A stretch of 16,187 nt of DNA from Candidatus Methanomethylophilaceae archaeon. GTDB lineage: Archaea; Thermoplasmatota; Thermoplasmata; Methanomassiliicoccales; Methanomethylophilaceae. This document shows positions 1 through 7,082 of this stretch, in pieces (the stretch's first letter is position 1; the number at the start of each line of letters is the position of its first letter). A model generated the notes under the pieces. That model did no database searches and was not told the DNA's origin. It saw only the letters and a program-made list of their open reading frames with translations. The position numbers and the translations under genes are program-made. Location: contig JAVESW010000020.1 of NCBI GenBank assembly GCA_034006405.1, positions 1 through 16,187 of the forward strand, written 5' to 3'.

Positions 1-155
1 CACCTGGTAACACCATAGACTGCGAGTTAAGTAATAACATCGTGTTAATAATTCTAAGATAACAAATAAAAATATCTGCACAACGTAATACAAGTTGACC
101 TAAAAACAATACCGCCAGTACATGAACCCCGGCAAACTTACTAACTGTGATTTTA
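1..155 (-). CDS. Possible 5' part of a membrane/secreted protein gene running off the window start (MNKITVSKFAGVHVLAVLFLGQLVLRC...)
   Basis: ATG (reverse complement of 153-155) opens a frame that stays open to position 1. The N-terminus is hydrophobic and resembles a signal peptide or TM segment. It is not in the ORF track because it is shorter than 60 aa. No RBS or promoter checked. Confidence 0.2.
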
Positions 156-214
156 TTCATCAATACACAACTCTTTGGAAAAACAAAACACGCTGGAGAT
201 GAAAACACACACAT

Positions 215-1183
215 CTAAACAGCGACAAACATTTCCGATTTATTTGTTAATGTAGTTATTATAATACATATAATTTGGTATTCAAAAATGCGACTAAATA
301 CCTGCATCAAAATAACCAACGAGGAAGGAAAAACCCTCAACGGCATCGCCGAAAACCCCGGCTTCATCAGCCCCACCGACCTCATCACCGCCTGGGTCCA
401 CCCCCCCATCTGCAAAAAGGCAACATACGGCGAACCGTCCCCTGACCACGTCGCCGAACGGACGACATCATAATAATGACGCGAATATCTTAAGGGGACC
501 TGCTTCCCTTCCGGAAGATTTGCCACACTATGAAGGATGAGGATCTTTTCCCAGAACGTTCGTTCGGGATGTACGGTTAAAACATCGGTTGACTTTTGCC
601 CGAACAGGTTCGGATATTTTTCGGCAGAATACGGCTGGATCATCTCCCAGCCGGCTGGAGTGCATGCTGCAAGAGGACCTATCTCCAGACGTATCTCCTG
701 AAGGATCGATGCATCGGAAAAACCATTTGGATACCTGAAGATTATGGTCTGCTTATCATTATCCAGGATCCCCATATCTACCGAAATGCCAAGTTCCTCT
801 GACAAATCATTTCGGATCTGCGGGAGAAAGAGATCCTTGAGAAATATCTCTGCACGGCGGTCAGCCTCTTTGTTAAAGTGATCCTGCCGATTCTTTGTCC
901 GATCCTTCCAGGGTTCGTCTTTTTCATAATCCAGAATACACCAATCAAGAATCAGATCGATATCCTCAGAAAAACGATCAATCAGCCCGTATGCTTTTGA
1001 TAAACTCGTTCCTCCCTTGAAGGTCAGATTATTTTTCCAGGGACATTCGTGAAATAGATAATCCAGCATCCAGCAGACCCAGAAGTCTTTCTCAATAATT
1101 GCCTCATTGATCCCCATTTTGTCGGCAGTGTTCCTGAATAATGCTTCACGATCTTCTGCCGGGCGTTTTGCAATATTTTTCAT
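215..1183 (-). CDS. abiEii: AbiEii/AbiGii-family nucleotidyltransferase toxin (DUF1814) of a type IV toxin-antitoxin system
   Basis: 322-aa ORF with hallmarks of the family: N-terminal EKDFWVCWMLDYLF, the nucleotidyltransferase motif FKGGTSLSKAYGLIDRFSEDIDL, and a C-terminal RYSRHYYDV. Its start lies 6 nt after the stop of the upstream antitoxin-like gene on the same strand. The last ~25 aa (AT-rich, IICIIITTL...) may be read-through rather than true coding. Confidence 0.75.
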   Translation of the reverse strand: MKNIAKRPAEDREALFRNTADKMGINEAIIEKDFWVCWMLDYLFHECPWKNNLTFKGGTSLSKAYGLIDRFSEDIDLILDWCILDYEKDEPWKDRTKNRQDHFNKEADRRAEIFLKDLFLPQIRNDLSEELGISVDMGILDNDKQTIIFRYPNGFSDASILQEIRLEIGPLAACTPAGWEMIQPYSAEKYPNLFGQKSTDVLTVHPERTFWEKILILHSVANLPEGKQVPLRYSRHYYDVVRSATWSGDGSPYVAFLQMGGWTQAVMRSVGLMKPGFSAMPLRVFPSSLVILMQVFSRIFEYQIICIIITTLTNKSEMFVAV

Positions 1184-1189
1184 GGTTTT

Positions 1190-1795
1190 TTATGCACATA
1201 TTTGTCTGACCGTTCCGGAGATCCAGACAGATGAGCGCTTTGTGTCCTCTAAGAGGGATGTTTTTTCTCCAGGGGTGAGCCTGTCGGATAATTGTCTGAT
1301 GAATTTTTCATTCATCTTATCTTTTCCGATCGCTTTCAATGCCTGAATGATAAGTGCGGATTTTTCTGAAAGATTTGTGATGTCTTTATTTGATGTATGC
1401 TTGAATTGTATCGTGACATTTCCGTATGCGTATTTTTTGTAGGGGCCGTCGGAAGCATATGTCCATGAGGCGGGGACCTGGGTGGATATTCCGAGCATAT
1501 TGAGGGCAGCATCTTCATAGGGGACAATTGTCCAACCGAAATTGCGTGCAAGAGCTTTTGCTATTTCATGGGGCGAGGGAGCGACGTATTCATTAAGAAA
1601 TGTGTTGTAGGCGGGATATTCGTATATGCCCCACATGATCCGGCGGATCGTTTTGTCTTGAACTAGCCGTGATAATACTTTTTTTATCGTTGGGATCGGG
1701 GCGATGTCGGTAAAATCAGAGATGACGAATATTGTGCCTTTCTTTGATGTGGTTATTCGCTCTTTGATTTTTTCATGATAGGTTTCTTTCCGCAT
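1190..1795 (-). CDS. abiEi: AbiEi-like (DUF6088-type) antitoxin / transcriptional regulator partnered with AbiEii
   Basis: The ORF is open to 1843, but the likely start is the internal Met at 1795 (MRKETYHEKIKERI...). The TIFVISDF...VLSRLVQDKTIRRIMWGIYEYP stretch matches the N-terminal region of AbiEi antitoxins. Gene order (antitoxin immediately upstream, co-directional, 6-nt gap to toxin) is the canonical AbiE arrangement. An AT-rich TATA-like stretch (minus-strand aataatatata, about 1825-1838) sits just upstream. Confidence 0.6.
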   Translation of the reverse strand: MRKETYHEKIKERITTSKKGTIFVISDFTDIAPIPTIKKVLSRLVQDKTIRRIMWGIYEYPAYNTFLNEYVAPSPHEIAKALARNFGWTIVPYEDAALNMLGISTQVPASWTYASDGPYKKYAYGNVTIQFKHTSNKDITNLSEKSALIIQALKAIGKDKMNEKFIRQLSDRLTPGEKTSLLEDTKRSSVWISGTVRQICA

Positions 1796-1975
1796 TATCG
1801 TGCGTATAGTTATGTCACTAAAAGTATATATTATTGGTGACAAGAGGGAGTTTGTAATATGGAGTGGGGATAAGAAAAATCAACCGTGTTCGCCGACTAT
1901 CGGTTGGTTCTCCGATCCAGCCTGACTTTGACAGTTAGCTGAAAGTATCCAGAAGGCCCAACCGATAAAACTGAT

Positions 1976-2504
1976 GTACTTCGATTTCGTGTACGGCATT
2001 TGTGTGAGAGTATGAGAAAAACCAACCGCGAATCGGCGCGAATCCGCCCTTCGGGCGAGATTAATCGGATTTGCTTATCCTCACTCTCGCTCGTTGGGTC
2101 TGGTCGCAAGGCAAATCCTTGCTCCGCTAAGGGCGAGCCTGTCGGCTCACCCCGCACGACCCAACGGCTCGTCCCTTCATCGGGATCGTTCGGGCAAATC
2201 CTGTCGCCGCCCCAGCGGCTCCCATGAGGAAGAGACTCATCGAGCAGTCCTAAATCTGAAAAATGTTCTTTTGCTACCCATCCTGAAATGAGATGGAGAA
2301 GGAAATCATCATTGGGGGGCGCCGGGGCGCCGACAGGATTTGCCCGAACGATCCCGATGAGGGATGAGCAAGACAGCGAAGCTGGATTGCGAAAGTGAGG
2401 ATAAGCAAATCCGATTTTTTTCGCCCGAAGGGCGGATTTGCGCCGATTCGCGGTTGGTTTTATCTCTTGTGTCTACACTAATGCCGTACACGAAATCGAA
2501 GTAC
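1976..2504. repeat. Large imperfect inverted-repeat element: left arm ~1976-2212 and right arm ~2325-2504 around a ~110-bp spacer. Candidate MITE-like or snap-back noncoding element.
   Basis: Seen directly. 1976-1999 (gtacttcgatttcgtgtacggcat) is the exact reverse complement of 2481-2504. aaaaccaaccgcgaatcggcgcgaatccgcccttcgggcga (about 2025-2060) is mirrored at about 2420-2460. cccttcatcgggatcgttcgggcaaatcctgtcg (about 2173-2207) is mirrored at about 2331-2365. All ORFs called across it (1897..2157, 2000..2227, 2094..2291, 2309..2491) are mutually overlapping and low-complexity, consistent with noncoding sequence. Confidence 0.75.
2091..2170. repeat. ~80-bp segment present only in the left arm of the inverted repeat (nested insertion). 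It carries a GC-rich hairpin, gcaaggcaaatccttgc at 2106-2122, that recurs elsewhere in the window.
   Basis: The right arm has only ~24 bp (2365-2388) at the corresponding position. The hairpin core gcaagg-caaaN-ccttgc recurs at 14471-14487 and, reverse-complemented, at 9990-10006. Confidence 0.55.
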
Positions 2505-2560
2505 GTCTTATAATTACGTCAATTTTTTTCGGTTAAGATTGCCTCGCGTAACTCCTATTC

Positions 2561-2570
2561 AAAAAAAAAA
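2561..2570 (-). terminator. T10 tract on the minus strand, about 28 nt downstream of the last minus-strand ORF of the cluster. Archaeal-type poly-T terminator.
   Basis: A10 on the plus strand at 2561-2570 is T10 on the minus strand. Archaeal transcription termination typically uses oligo-T tracts. Confidence 0.45.
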
Positions 2571-2597
2571 CACAAATAAGAGATAGAAGTAGAGAGA

Positions 2598-2834
2598 TCA
2601 ACGCTCCTCATCTAATTCATCTACTCTTACTCTATCAGAAAGGGAACAGCGGTTCATTACCGGATCCCAGATTTCACAGGCATCTTTAAAACAGATTCCA
2701 GGAACCTGATCTAATGTTGCACAGTAACCGAGAGTAAATGGACACAATTTATGATTATTATCGGCAAAGACCATACGATTTGAGATATGGTCATACAGTT
2801 GGAGTCTGCCGTGTTCATCAGTCCATTTACGCAT
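2598..2834 (-). CDS. Small Cys-rich hypothetical protein (78 aa, 5 Cys), last gene of the minus-strand operon
   Basis: Its ATG (reverse complement of 2832-2834) lies immediately after the TGA of the upstream SPFH gene (2838-2840), implying translational coupling. The poly-T terminator follows. No recognisable family; it could be spurious. Confidence 0.35.
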   Translation of the reverse strand: MRKWTDEHGRLQLYDHISNRMVFADNNHKLCPFTLGYCATLDQVPGICFKDACEIWDPVMNRCSLSDRVRVDELDEER

Positions 2835-2837
2835 ATT

Positions 2838-4469
2838 TCATTCCTGTTTCTTCCCGCAGCTTGGACAGAAAACATCTCCGTTTGGAACATTCGCTGAACA
2901 GTATTGACATTGTGTACTTCCTTCAGGAGCGACATTAACAACAACCGGCGCCCCCATGCCCCCTGTAACAACGGTTGCCCCGGGATTTTGAGCCGTAGAG
3001 CGGGCAGTCGCCGTATTCCCCATAGCATTCAGCGCAGAATTCATTACCTCCTTCATCTGCTCGGCATTCTCCTTATATTGACTCTGCATCATCATGTTGA
3101 ATGCCTGCTGATCCTTGATGCGCAATTCGTTCAATTGTTCAACTGATTCAAGTTTGGCACGAGTTGCTAATGCCTCGGCAGCTGCCTTCGGGTCTTTTGC
3201 ATTCATCGCAAGGATCTGTTCTGGCGTCAGGCTGTTTGCTCTCTTTGCAAGTTCAAGCTGAACGAGGGCGCCGACCTTCTGATCATCGACCAGAGAAATG
3301 AGCACTTCGATCGATGCCTCTGAGAGATTTGCGATCTTTTGTCTCTCATCCTCGCGTTTGATCGCCTTGTTTTGTCTTTTGAACTCCAGTAGCTGCTCGA
3401 TCTCCTTGCGGTCTTTTTCCAGTTCGTGATCATGTCTTGCAGAATCACGAGCAAGCTCATGACCTAAATTCGCATCAGCTCTCTGGTTCCCCAATTCCTG
3501 ATCAAGGGATTTTATGGTATGGTCCGCATTAATCTGACCAACGGCATCTTCCGTTCCTGCTTCACGCAGATAGGCTTTCTTTTCATACTCTGCTTTGGCT
3601 TTGCCCACTTCGATCTGCAAACTCTCGCGTGCTCCAAGAACCTCTTTCCAGGCTCCTTCATCAAAACCCACACAGTTCAGATGAGAAATCTCTATACCCC
3701 TGTTACCAAAGTTTGCATTCAGATTTTTCTTGAACTCATTACTCAATTCCTGACTGAGAACTGCATTTCCGTACAGTTCTTCGATATTATATTGGGATAT
3801 TTTATTCTGGGCAATATTTTTGAGTTCTGCATGAATGCAGTTCTCGATGTCCGCAAGACTAACGTGCTGTTCACGTTTCAGATAGTTTTCAAGAAAAGCG
3901 ATCGGATCTTTGATCTGTGCCGTCACTTTACCTGCAGCTCCAACGGATATTGCATTCTTTGAGCGTAACTCACCTTTTGGAATCATGAAGGTGAGAGGAA
4001 TCTCTCCGGCATCAACAAGAATAACCGTTGTTCGCTCATCAAGTCTCAACTGACCAATGGTATCAAAGATGTTTCCAAGATTGTATGCGCCTGCAGGAAG
4101 TGTTCCTTTGTAAATTCCTCCCTGAAGAAGAATGGCTTTTGTTCCCTGTTCTACAGTGAGTCGTTTTGCAAAGACACCTCGGAGATCCTGAATATCAAAT
4201 CTCTGCGCGAAGTCGCCCGGCATTCTCATCCACTGACGATTTTTGCCTAGTTCTTTGGAGGTGTCGGCAATTCGTGTTGTTTGCGGCGATTCCAAGAGCT
4301 TTGCACCGCATTTTCCACAAAATGCAGCTCCCTGATTTAGTTTTGCACCACATACAGGACAGGTGCCACTTTCCGTTCCTCCAAGTCTTTTACCGCACGC
4401 TCCGCAAAACTGACTTCCGGCGGGGTTTTCATGACCACAGGAACAGGTAATTTTTTTATTAAACAGCAT
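2838..4469 (-). CDS. SPFH/Band-7 (stomatin/flotillin-like; Band_7_1 / YdjI-like) protein with N-terminal tandem zinc ribbons and a C-terminal zinc ribbon
   Basis: 543 aa. The N-terminus has three CxxC...CxxC pairs (CSCGHENPAGSQFCGACG, CPVCGAKLNQGAAFCGKCG). The C-terminus has CQYCSANVPNGDVFCPSCG. The central region follows the SPFH pattern (TTVILVDAGEIPLTFMIPKGELRSKNAISVGAAGKVTAQIKDPIAFLENY ... NFGNRGIEISHLNCVGFD), followed by a long E/A/K-rich, flotillin-like coiled coil. Start is ATG at 4467-4469. Confidence 0.6.
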   Translation of the reverse strand: MLFNKKITCSCGHENPAGSQFCGACGKRLGGTESGTCPVCGAKLNQGAAFCGKCGAKLLESPQTTRIADTSKELGKNRQWMRMPGDFAQRFDIQDLRGVFAKRLTVEQGTKAILLQGGIYKGTLPAGAYNLGNIFDTIGQLRLDERTTVILVDAGEIPLTFMIPKGELRSKNAISVGAAGKVTAQIKDPIAFLENYLKREQHVSLADIENCIHAELKNIAQNKISQYNIEELYGNAVLSQELSNEFKKNLNANFGNRGIEISHLNCVGFDEGAWKEVLGARESLQIEVGKAKAEYEKKAYLREAGTEDAVGQINADHTIKSLDQELGNQRADANLGHELARDSARHDHELEKDRKEIEQLLEFKRQNKAIKREDERQKIANLSEASIEVLISLVDDQKVGALVQLELAKRANSLTPEQILAMNAKDPKAAAEALATRAKLESVEQLNELRIKDQQAFNMMMQSQYKENAEQMKEVMNSALNAMGNTATARSTAQNPGATVVTGGMGAPVVVNVAPEGSTQCQYCSANVPNGDVFCPSCGKKQE

Positions 4470-4514
4470 TATAACTCCAATTCAATAAGTAATCTGTTAT
4501 TAGCTCCAGGACAC

Positions 4515-5078
4515 TTAAATTCTAGGCTCCAGAATGAGATTTTCCACCTCAATCTTTGCAGAAGCAATACTTTCATCATCTACCCTTAGTGCTTTCATAA
4601 GACCCAGAATTTTATCATATTCATCAGATGATCCATTATTTGTTGTGGCAAGGATTTCAGTGATCCGCTTTTTTTCGGTTTCTGCCTGAACCTCCGTATT
4701 CTCACGCTCTTTCAACAGCTGATCTACATCGATCTTACTGAATATGTTGTGTTTTTGATGTGCCTGGTCTTTCTTTTCCTCTTTTATCCGTAGAAGATTT
4801 GCGACTGCCATCTGTTTGTTTTCGGTTGCGAGGATCTGCTGGAGGAGTTCATTTTTTATGAGCATTTGATTCGTTACTTGCCGGGCTGCAAACTGAGTTT
4901 CGATTTCTGATGCAGCATTTTTTCCTGCATAGAGATTTGCTTCAATTTTTTCGTCAGCTTCTTTCATTTGTTTCATAAGAGTGGAATATTGGTATTCCAG
5001 CTCAGCGGCCGTTATGCGCAGATCACCAGAGGAGATCTTGTCAAGGCCGTTTTTCCGTCCAAAGATCCCGCGGGCCAT
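4515..5078 (-). CDS. ESCRT-III/Snf7 (CdvB)- or PspA-like small coiled-coil protein, paralog 2
   Basis: 187 aa, starting MARGIFGRK (compare MxxFGK/MGIFSR N-termini of Snf7 and PspA). Predicted long helical hairpin, then an acidic C-terminus with an amphipathic helix (DEYDKILGLMKALRVDDESIASAKIEVENL) resembling a MIT-interacting motif. The ATG sits 2 nt after the stop of the upstream paralog, so the two are coupled. Assigned from architecture only. Confidence 0.45.
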   Translation of the reverse strand: MARGIFGRKNGLDKISSGDLRITAAELEYQYSTLMKQMKEADEKIEANLYAGKNAASEIETQFAARQVTNQMLIKNELLQQILATENKQMAVANLLRIKEEKKDQAHQKHNIFSKIDVDQLLKERENTEVQAETEKKRITEILATTNNGSSDEYDKILGLMKALRVDDESIASAKIEVENLILEPRI

Positions 5079-5080
5079 TT

Positions 5081-5698
5081 TTAGAACTCACTTTTTTCTA
5101 AGGATTTTTCGATGTCTTTCTCGATCGAGAGCATGCTTTCCGCTTCGGATACATTCATACTGCCTGCCTCAACACTGTTCCAGATATCAAACATCTGCCT
5201 TTCTCCTTCGTCAACATCAGAATCAGAAGCCGTGGTTTCGTCAAGTGCAACGATGTTGTTGAGATTTTCGAGAACTTTCTCAAAATTATTCCCGGACAGG
5301 TTGACTTTGATGAGGGACTCCTCGAAGCTCTTAGGAGAGAGACTCTGAATTGTTTTCCAGATCTGAGTGTTCTCCAGATCACGCTGATACGTTTTGAGGA
5401 TGAGGAGGTTGGACACAAACATGTACTGTTTGTGTAAGGTCAGGAAGTTCTTGATTTTGAGTTTTCCGCTCATATCAAGTTGTTTTAACTCCTGCGCGAT
5501 CATCTTTTTCTTGATCAGATCGGCTCCTATACCCTCATTAAAAAGGGATTTTTTCGCTTTTTCAATTGTCTCGATCTCTTTTCTGAGACGATTGATCCTG
5601 ATTTTGAGTCTGAGCTCTTCTTCCTGGAGTTCTGTGCTCGTGAATTTGTCGATCGCAGTATTTTTTTTGAACGGATTTTTCAGTTCCATTTTTGTCAC
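5081..5698 (-). CDS. ESCRT-III/Snf7 (CdvB)- or PspA-like small coiled-coil protein, paralog 1
   Basis: 205 aa. The ORF begins with GTG at 5698 and the first ATG is at 5689 (MELKNPFKK...). It has a basic N-terminal helix (ELRLKIRINRLRKEIETIEKAKK), a second long helix, and a strongly acidic C-terminus (DETTASDSDVDEGERQMFDIWNSVEAGSMNVSEAESMLSIEKDIEKSLEKSEF), typical of ESCRT-III autoinhibitory/MIM tails. A minus-strand TATA-like atttatatc (5722-5730) lies about 25-35 nt upstream. Confidence 0.45.
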   Translation of the reverse strand: MTKMELKNPFKKNTAIDKFTSTELQEEELRLKIRINRLRKEIETIEKAKKSLFNEGIGADLIKKKMIAQELKQLDMSGKLKIKNFLTLHKQYMFVSNLLILKTYQRDLENTQIWKTIQSLSPKSFEESLIKVNLSGNNFEKVLENLNNIVALDETTASDSDVDEGERQMFDIWNSVEAGSMNVSEAESMLSIEKDIEKSLEKSEF

Positions 5699-5828
5699 AA
5701 GGATTTCATTGGTTTTTCATCGATATAAATCTATTCTCCAAAACGGATTATAAATATAATAACCTTAAAATCGAATGTCCAATGTGGTGATAGAAATATA
5801 TAGTCATAAAACATATTCCTTATTTAAT
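5699..5828. promoter_or_regulatory. AT-rich divergent promoter region between the minus-strand ESCRT-III-like/SPFH operon and the plus-strand TPR/MIT-AAA/Sel1 operon
   Basis: TATA-like boxes on both strands (5722-5730 for the minus operon; ttataaatataat at 5748-5760 and gaaatatatag at 5794-5804 for the plus operon). Their spacing is consistent with leaderless or short-leader archaeal transcripts starting at 5689/5698 and at 5775 or 5829. Confidence 0.4.
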
Positions 5829-6344
5829 ATGGATTATCTGATTTTGGTAGATTATCAGTCCGATGCGGAGCGTAAACGGATAGATTACGCTATTGAACGC
5901 TGGAAGGATAAGGGGAAAATACATAAAACGAAAGGAACGGTGATCCATTATGCCGGAGATGATGTGGATGATTTTCTTGATGATCTTTATTCCCGTCTGA
6001 GTGTTGGAACCGGATCCGTTCATATTTTTGCAGGAGACATCTATTCTCCTGATATCAATGAGCAAACAACCCAGCTGAAATATACTACGACTATAGATTC
6101 AACTGCGGTTGAGAATTTCCTGAAATATCTCATGAATAAACTCGGGGCTTCGTTCGAAGGAACAAAACAGGGAATCAAATCATATACCGCATACACAAAG
6201 AAAGGACAGGCAGGGATCGATGTTACTTTAACGGCTGGAGATAAGACGGCTGTTTTAGTTGTTGTGCGGGGGTACGGGGACGTAGTTTCGTTTATTGCTG
6301 GGAGAATCGATAAGGAACTGAAGGTTTTCCTAGAGGTAGAGTGA
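5775..6344 (+). CDS. Hypothetical protein, first gene of the plus-strand operon
   Basis: 189-aa ORF. An alternative leaderless start at ATG 5829 (MDYLILVDYQSD...) is equally plausible. The stop (6342-6344) lies 3 nt before the next ATG (6348). No family recognised; the N-terminal YLILVDYQSDAERKRIDYAIERW has only a faint Cas2-like flavour. Confidence 0.55.
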   Translation: MSNVVIEIYSHKTYSLFNMDYLILVDYQSDAERKRIDYAIERWKDKGKIHKTKGTVIHYAGDDVDDFLDDLYSRLSVGTGSVHIFAGDIYSPDINEQTTQLKYTTTIDSTAVENFLKYLMNKLGASFEGTKQGIKSYTAYTKKGQAGIDVTLTAGDKTAVLVVVRGYGDVVSFIAGRIDKELKVFLEVE

Positions 6345-6347
6345 ACA

Positions 6348-7082
6348 ATGATAAAAACTGAACGCTATCAAATTTTGTACAATGAAGGCAGAATGAATTT
6401 GAACAGAGGAAGATACACGGATGCTCTCAAATCATTTGAAAATGCAAGACGCGAATTGGATAATTCATATGTATATTCCGGAATTGGGCGTGCATATTAT
6501 GGTCTTGGAAAATACAGCGATGCTCTGAAAAATTTTGAAATAGCATGCATGAGATACTCTGGAAATATTCAGGCAACTCACTGGATGGCAAAGACTCTCG
6601 GAAAAATGAAGCGCTATAACGAGGCTGAAACACTGTTTAATGTGGTGTTGAGAAGATTAGGGAACGGGCCTGTAAATTTCTATCAGGAAGTCTTTGCCGA
6701 CTATGAAGATATGAAAAATGAAAGAGCTGGAATCAAACCTAGGGATTCGTTTTCTCAACCTCTGATGTCATATTCTTTGAACAAAGATTCGTCTACAAAA
6801 ATAATTTTCAACGGTGATATTTCTGCCCCTGTAAATATTGGGGGAGTCCAGGCAACTGATAACGCAATACTGAATCGTCCGGTAATAATGAGAGAGCCCG
6901 GTACTGGCTGCAATGTCCCAATTGAACAAATCATCCAAAGATCCGAAGAGCGAAATACCGTGGATATAAAACCAACAGGTATCCTTTCACGTATTATTAA
7001 GAAAGAAACGTGTGCGAATTGTGGGGCACCGACTCAGGAAGATCAACACTATTGTAACAAGTGCGGGAGGAAACTCCAATGA
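6348..7082 (+). CDS. TPR-repeat protein with a conserved C-terminal linker motif (GGVQATDNAILNRPV) and a C-terminal zinc ribbon (CANCG...YCNKCG)
   Basis: 244 aa. The N-terminal ~120 aa hold three TPR-like units (YTDALKSFENA..., YSDALKNFEIA..., YNEAETLFNVV...). The C-terminal CxxC-x10-CxxC motif is at the end. Its TGA forms an ATGA overlap with the downstream AAA ATPase start. Confidence 0.75.
   Translation: MIKTERYQILYNEGRMNLNRGRYTDALKSFENARRELDNSYVYSGIGRAYYGLGKYSDALKNFEIACMRYSGNIQATHWMAKTLGKMKRYNEAETLFNVVLRRLGNGPVNFYQEVFADYEDMKNERAGIKPRDSFSQPLMSYSLNKDSSTKIIFNGDISAPVNIGGVQATDNAILNRPVIMREPGTGCNVPIEQIIQRSEERNTVDIKPTGILSRIIKKETCANCGAPTQEDQHYCNKCGRKLQ

Noticed and set aside
288-1346. Plus-strand ORFs 288..473, 596..802, 1107..1346 and minus ORF 1336..1551
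   Set aside because: They are antisense or alternative frames inside the AbiEii/AbiEi genes. The TA genes carry the recognisable family motifs.
1897-2491. ORFs 1897..2157-, 2000..2227+, 2094..2291+, 2309..2491-
   Set aside because: They overlap one another across the inverted-repeat element and encode Arg/Ser/Pro-rich low-complexity peptides that mirror each other, as expected from a palindromic noncoding element.
1976-2504. SRP RNA, RNase P RNA or another long structured housekeeping RNA
   Set aside because: The region is a simple long hairpin (two arms plus spacer) without the conserved motifs of those RNAs. Partial copies are also dispersed elsewhere, which fits a repeat element.
2711-4450. 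ORFs 2711..3028-, 2738..2938+, 2904..3146+, 3227..3460-, 3519..3962+, 4166..4450+
   Set aside because: They are antisense to, or out-of-frame with, the 543-aa SPFH/zinc-ribbon gene, which has the coherent domain structure. They lack starts in sensible context.
5829-6100. Cas2-like interpretation of the 5775..6344 product (N-terminal YLILVDYQSDAERKRIDYAIERW)
   Set aside because: The resemblance is superficial. The protein is twice the Cas2 length, and there is no cas1, other cas genes or CRISPR array in the window.
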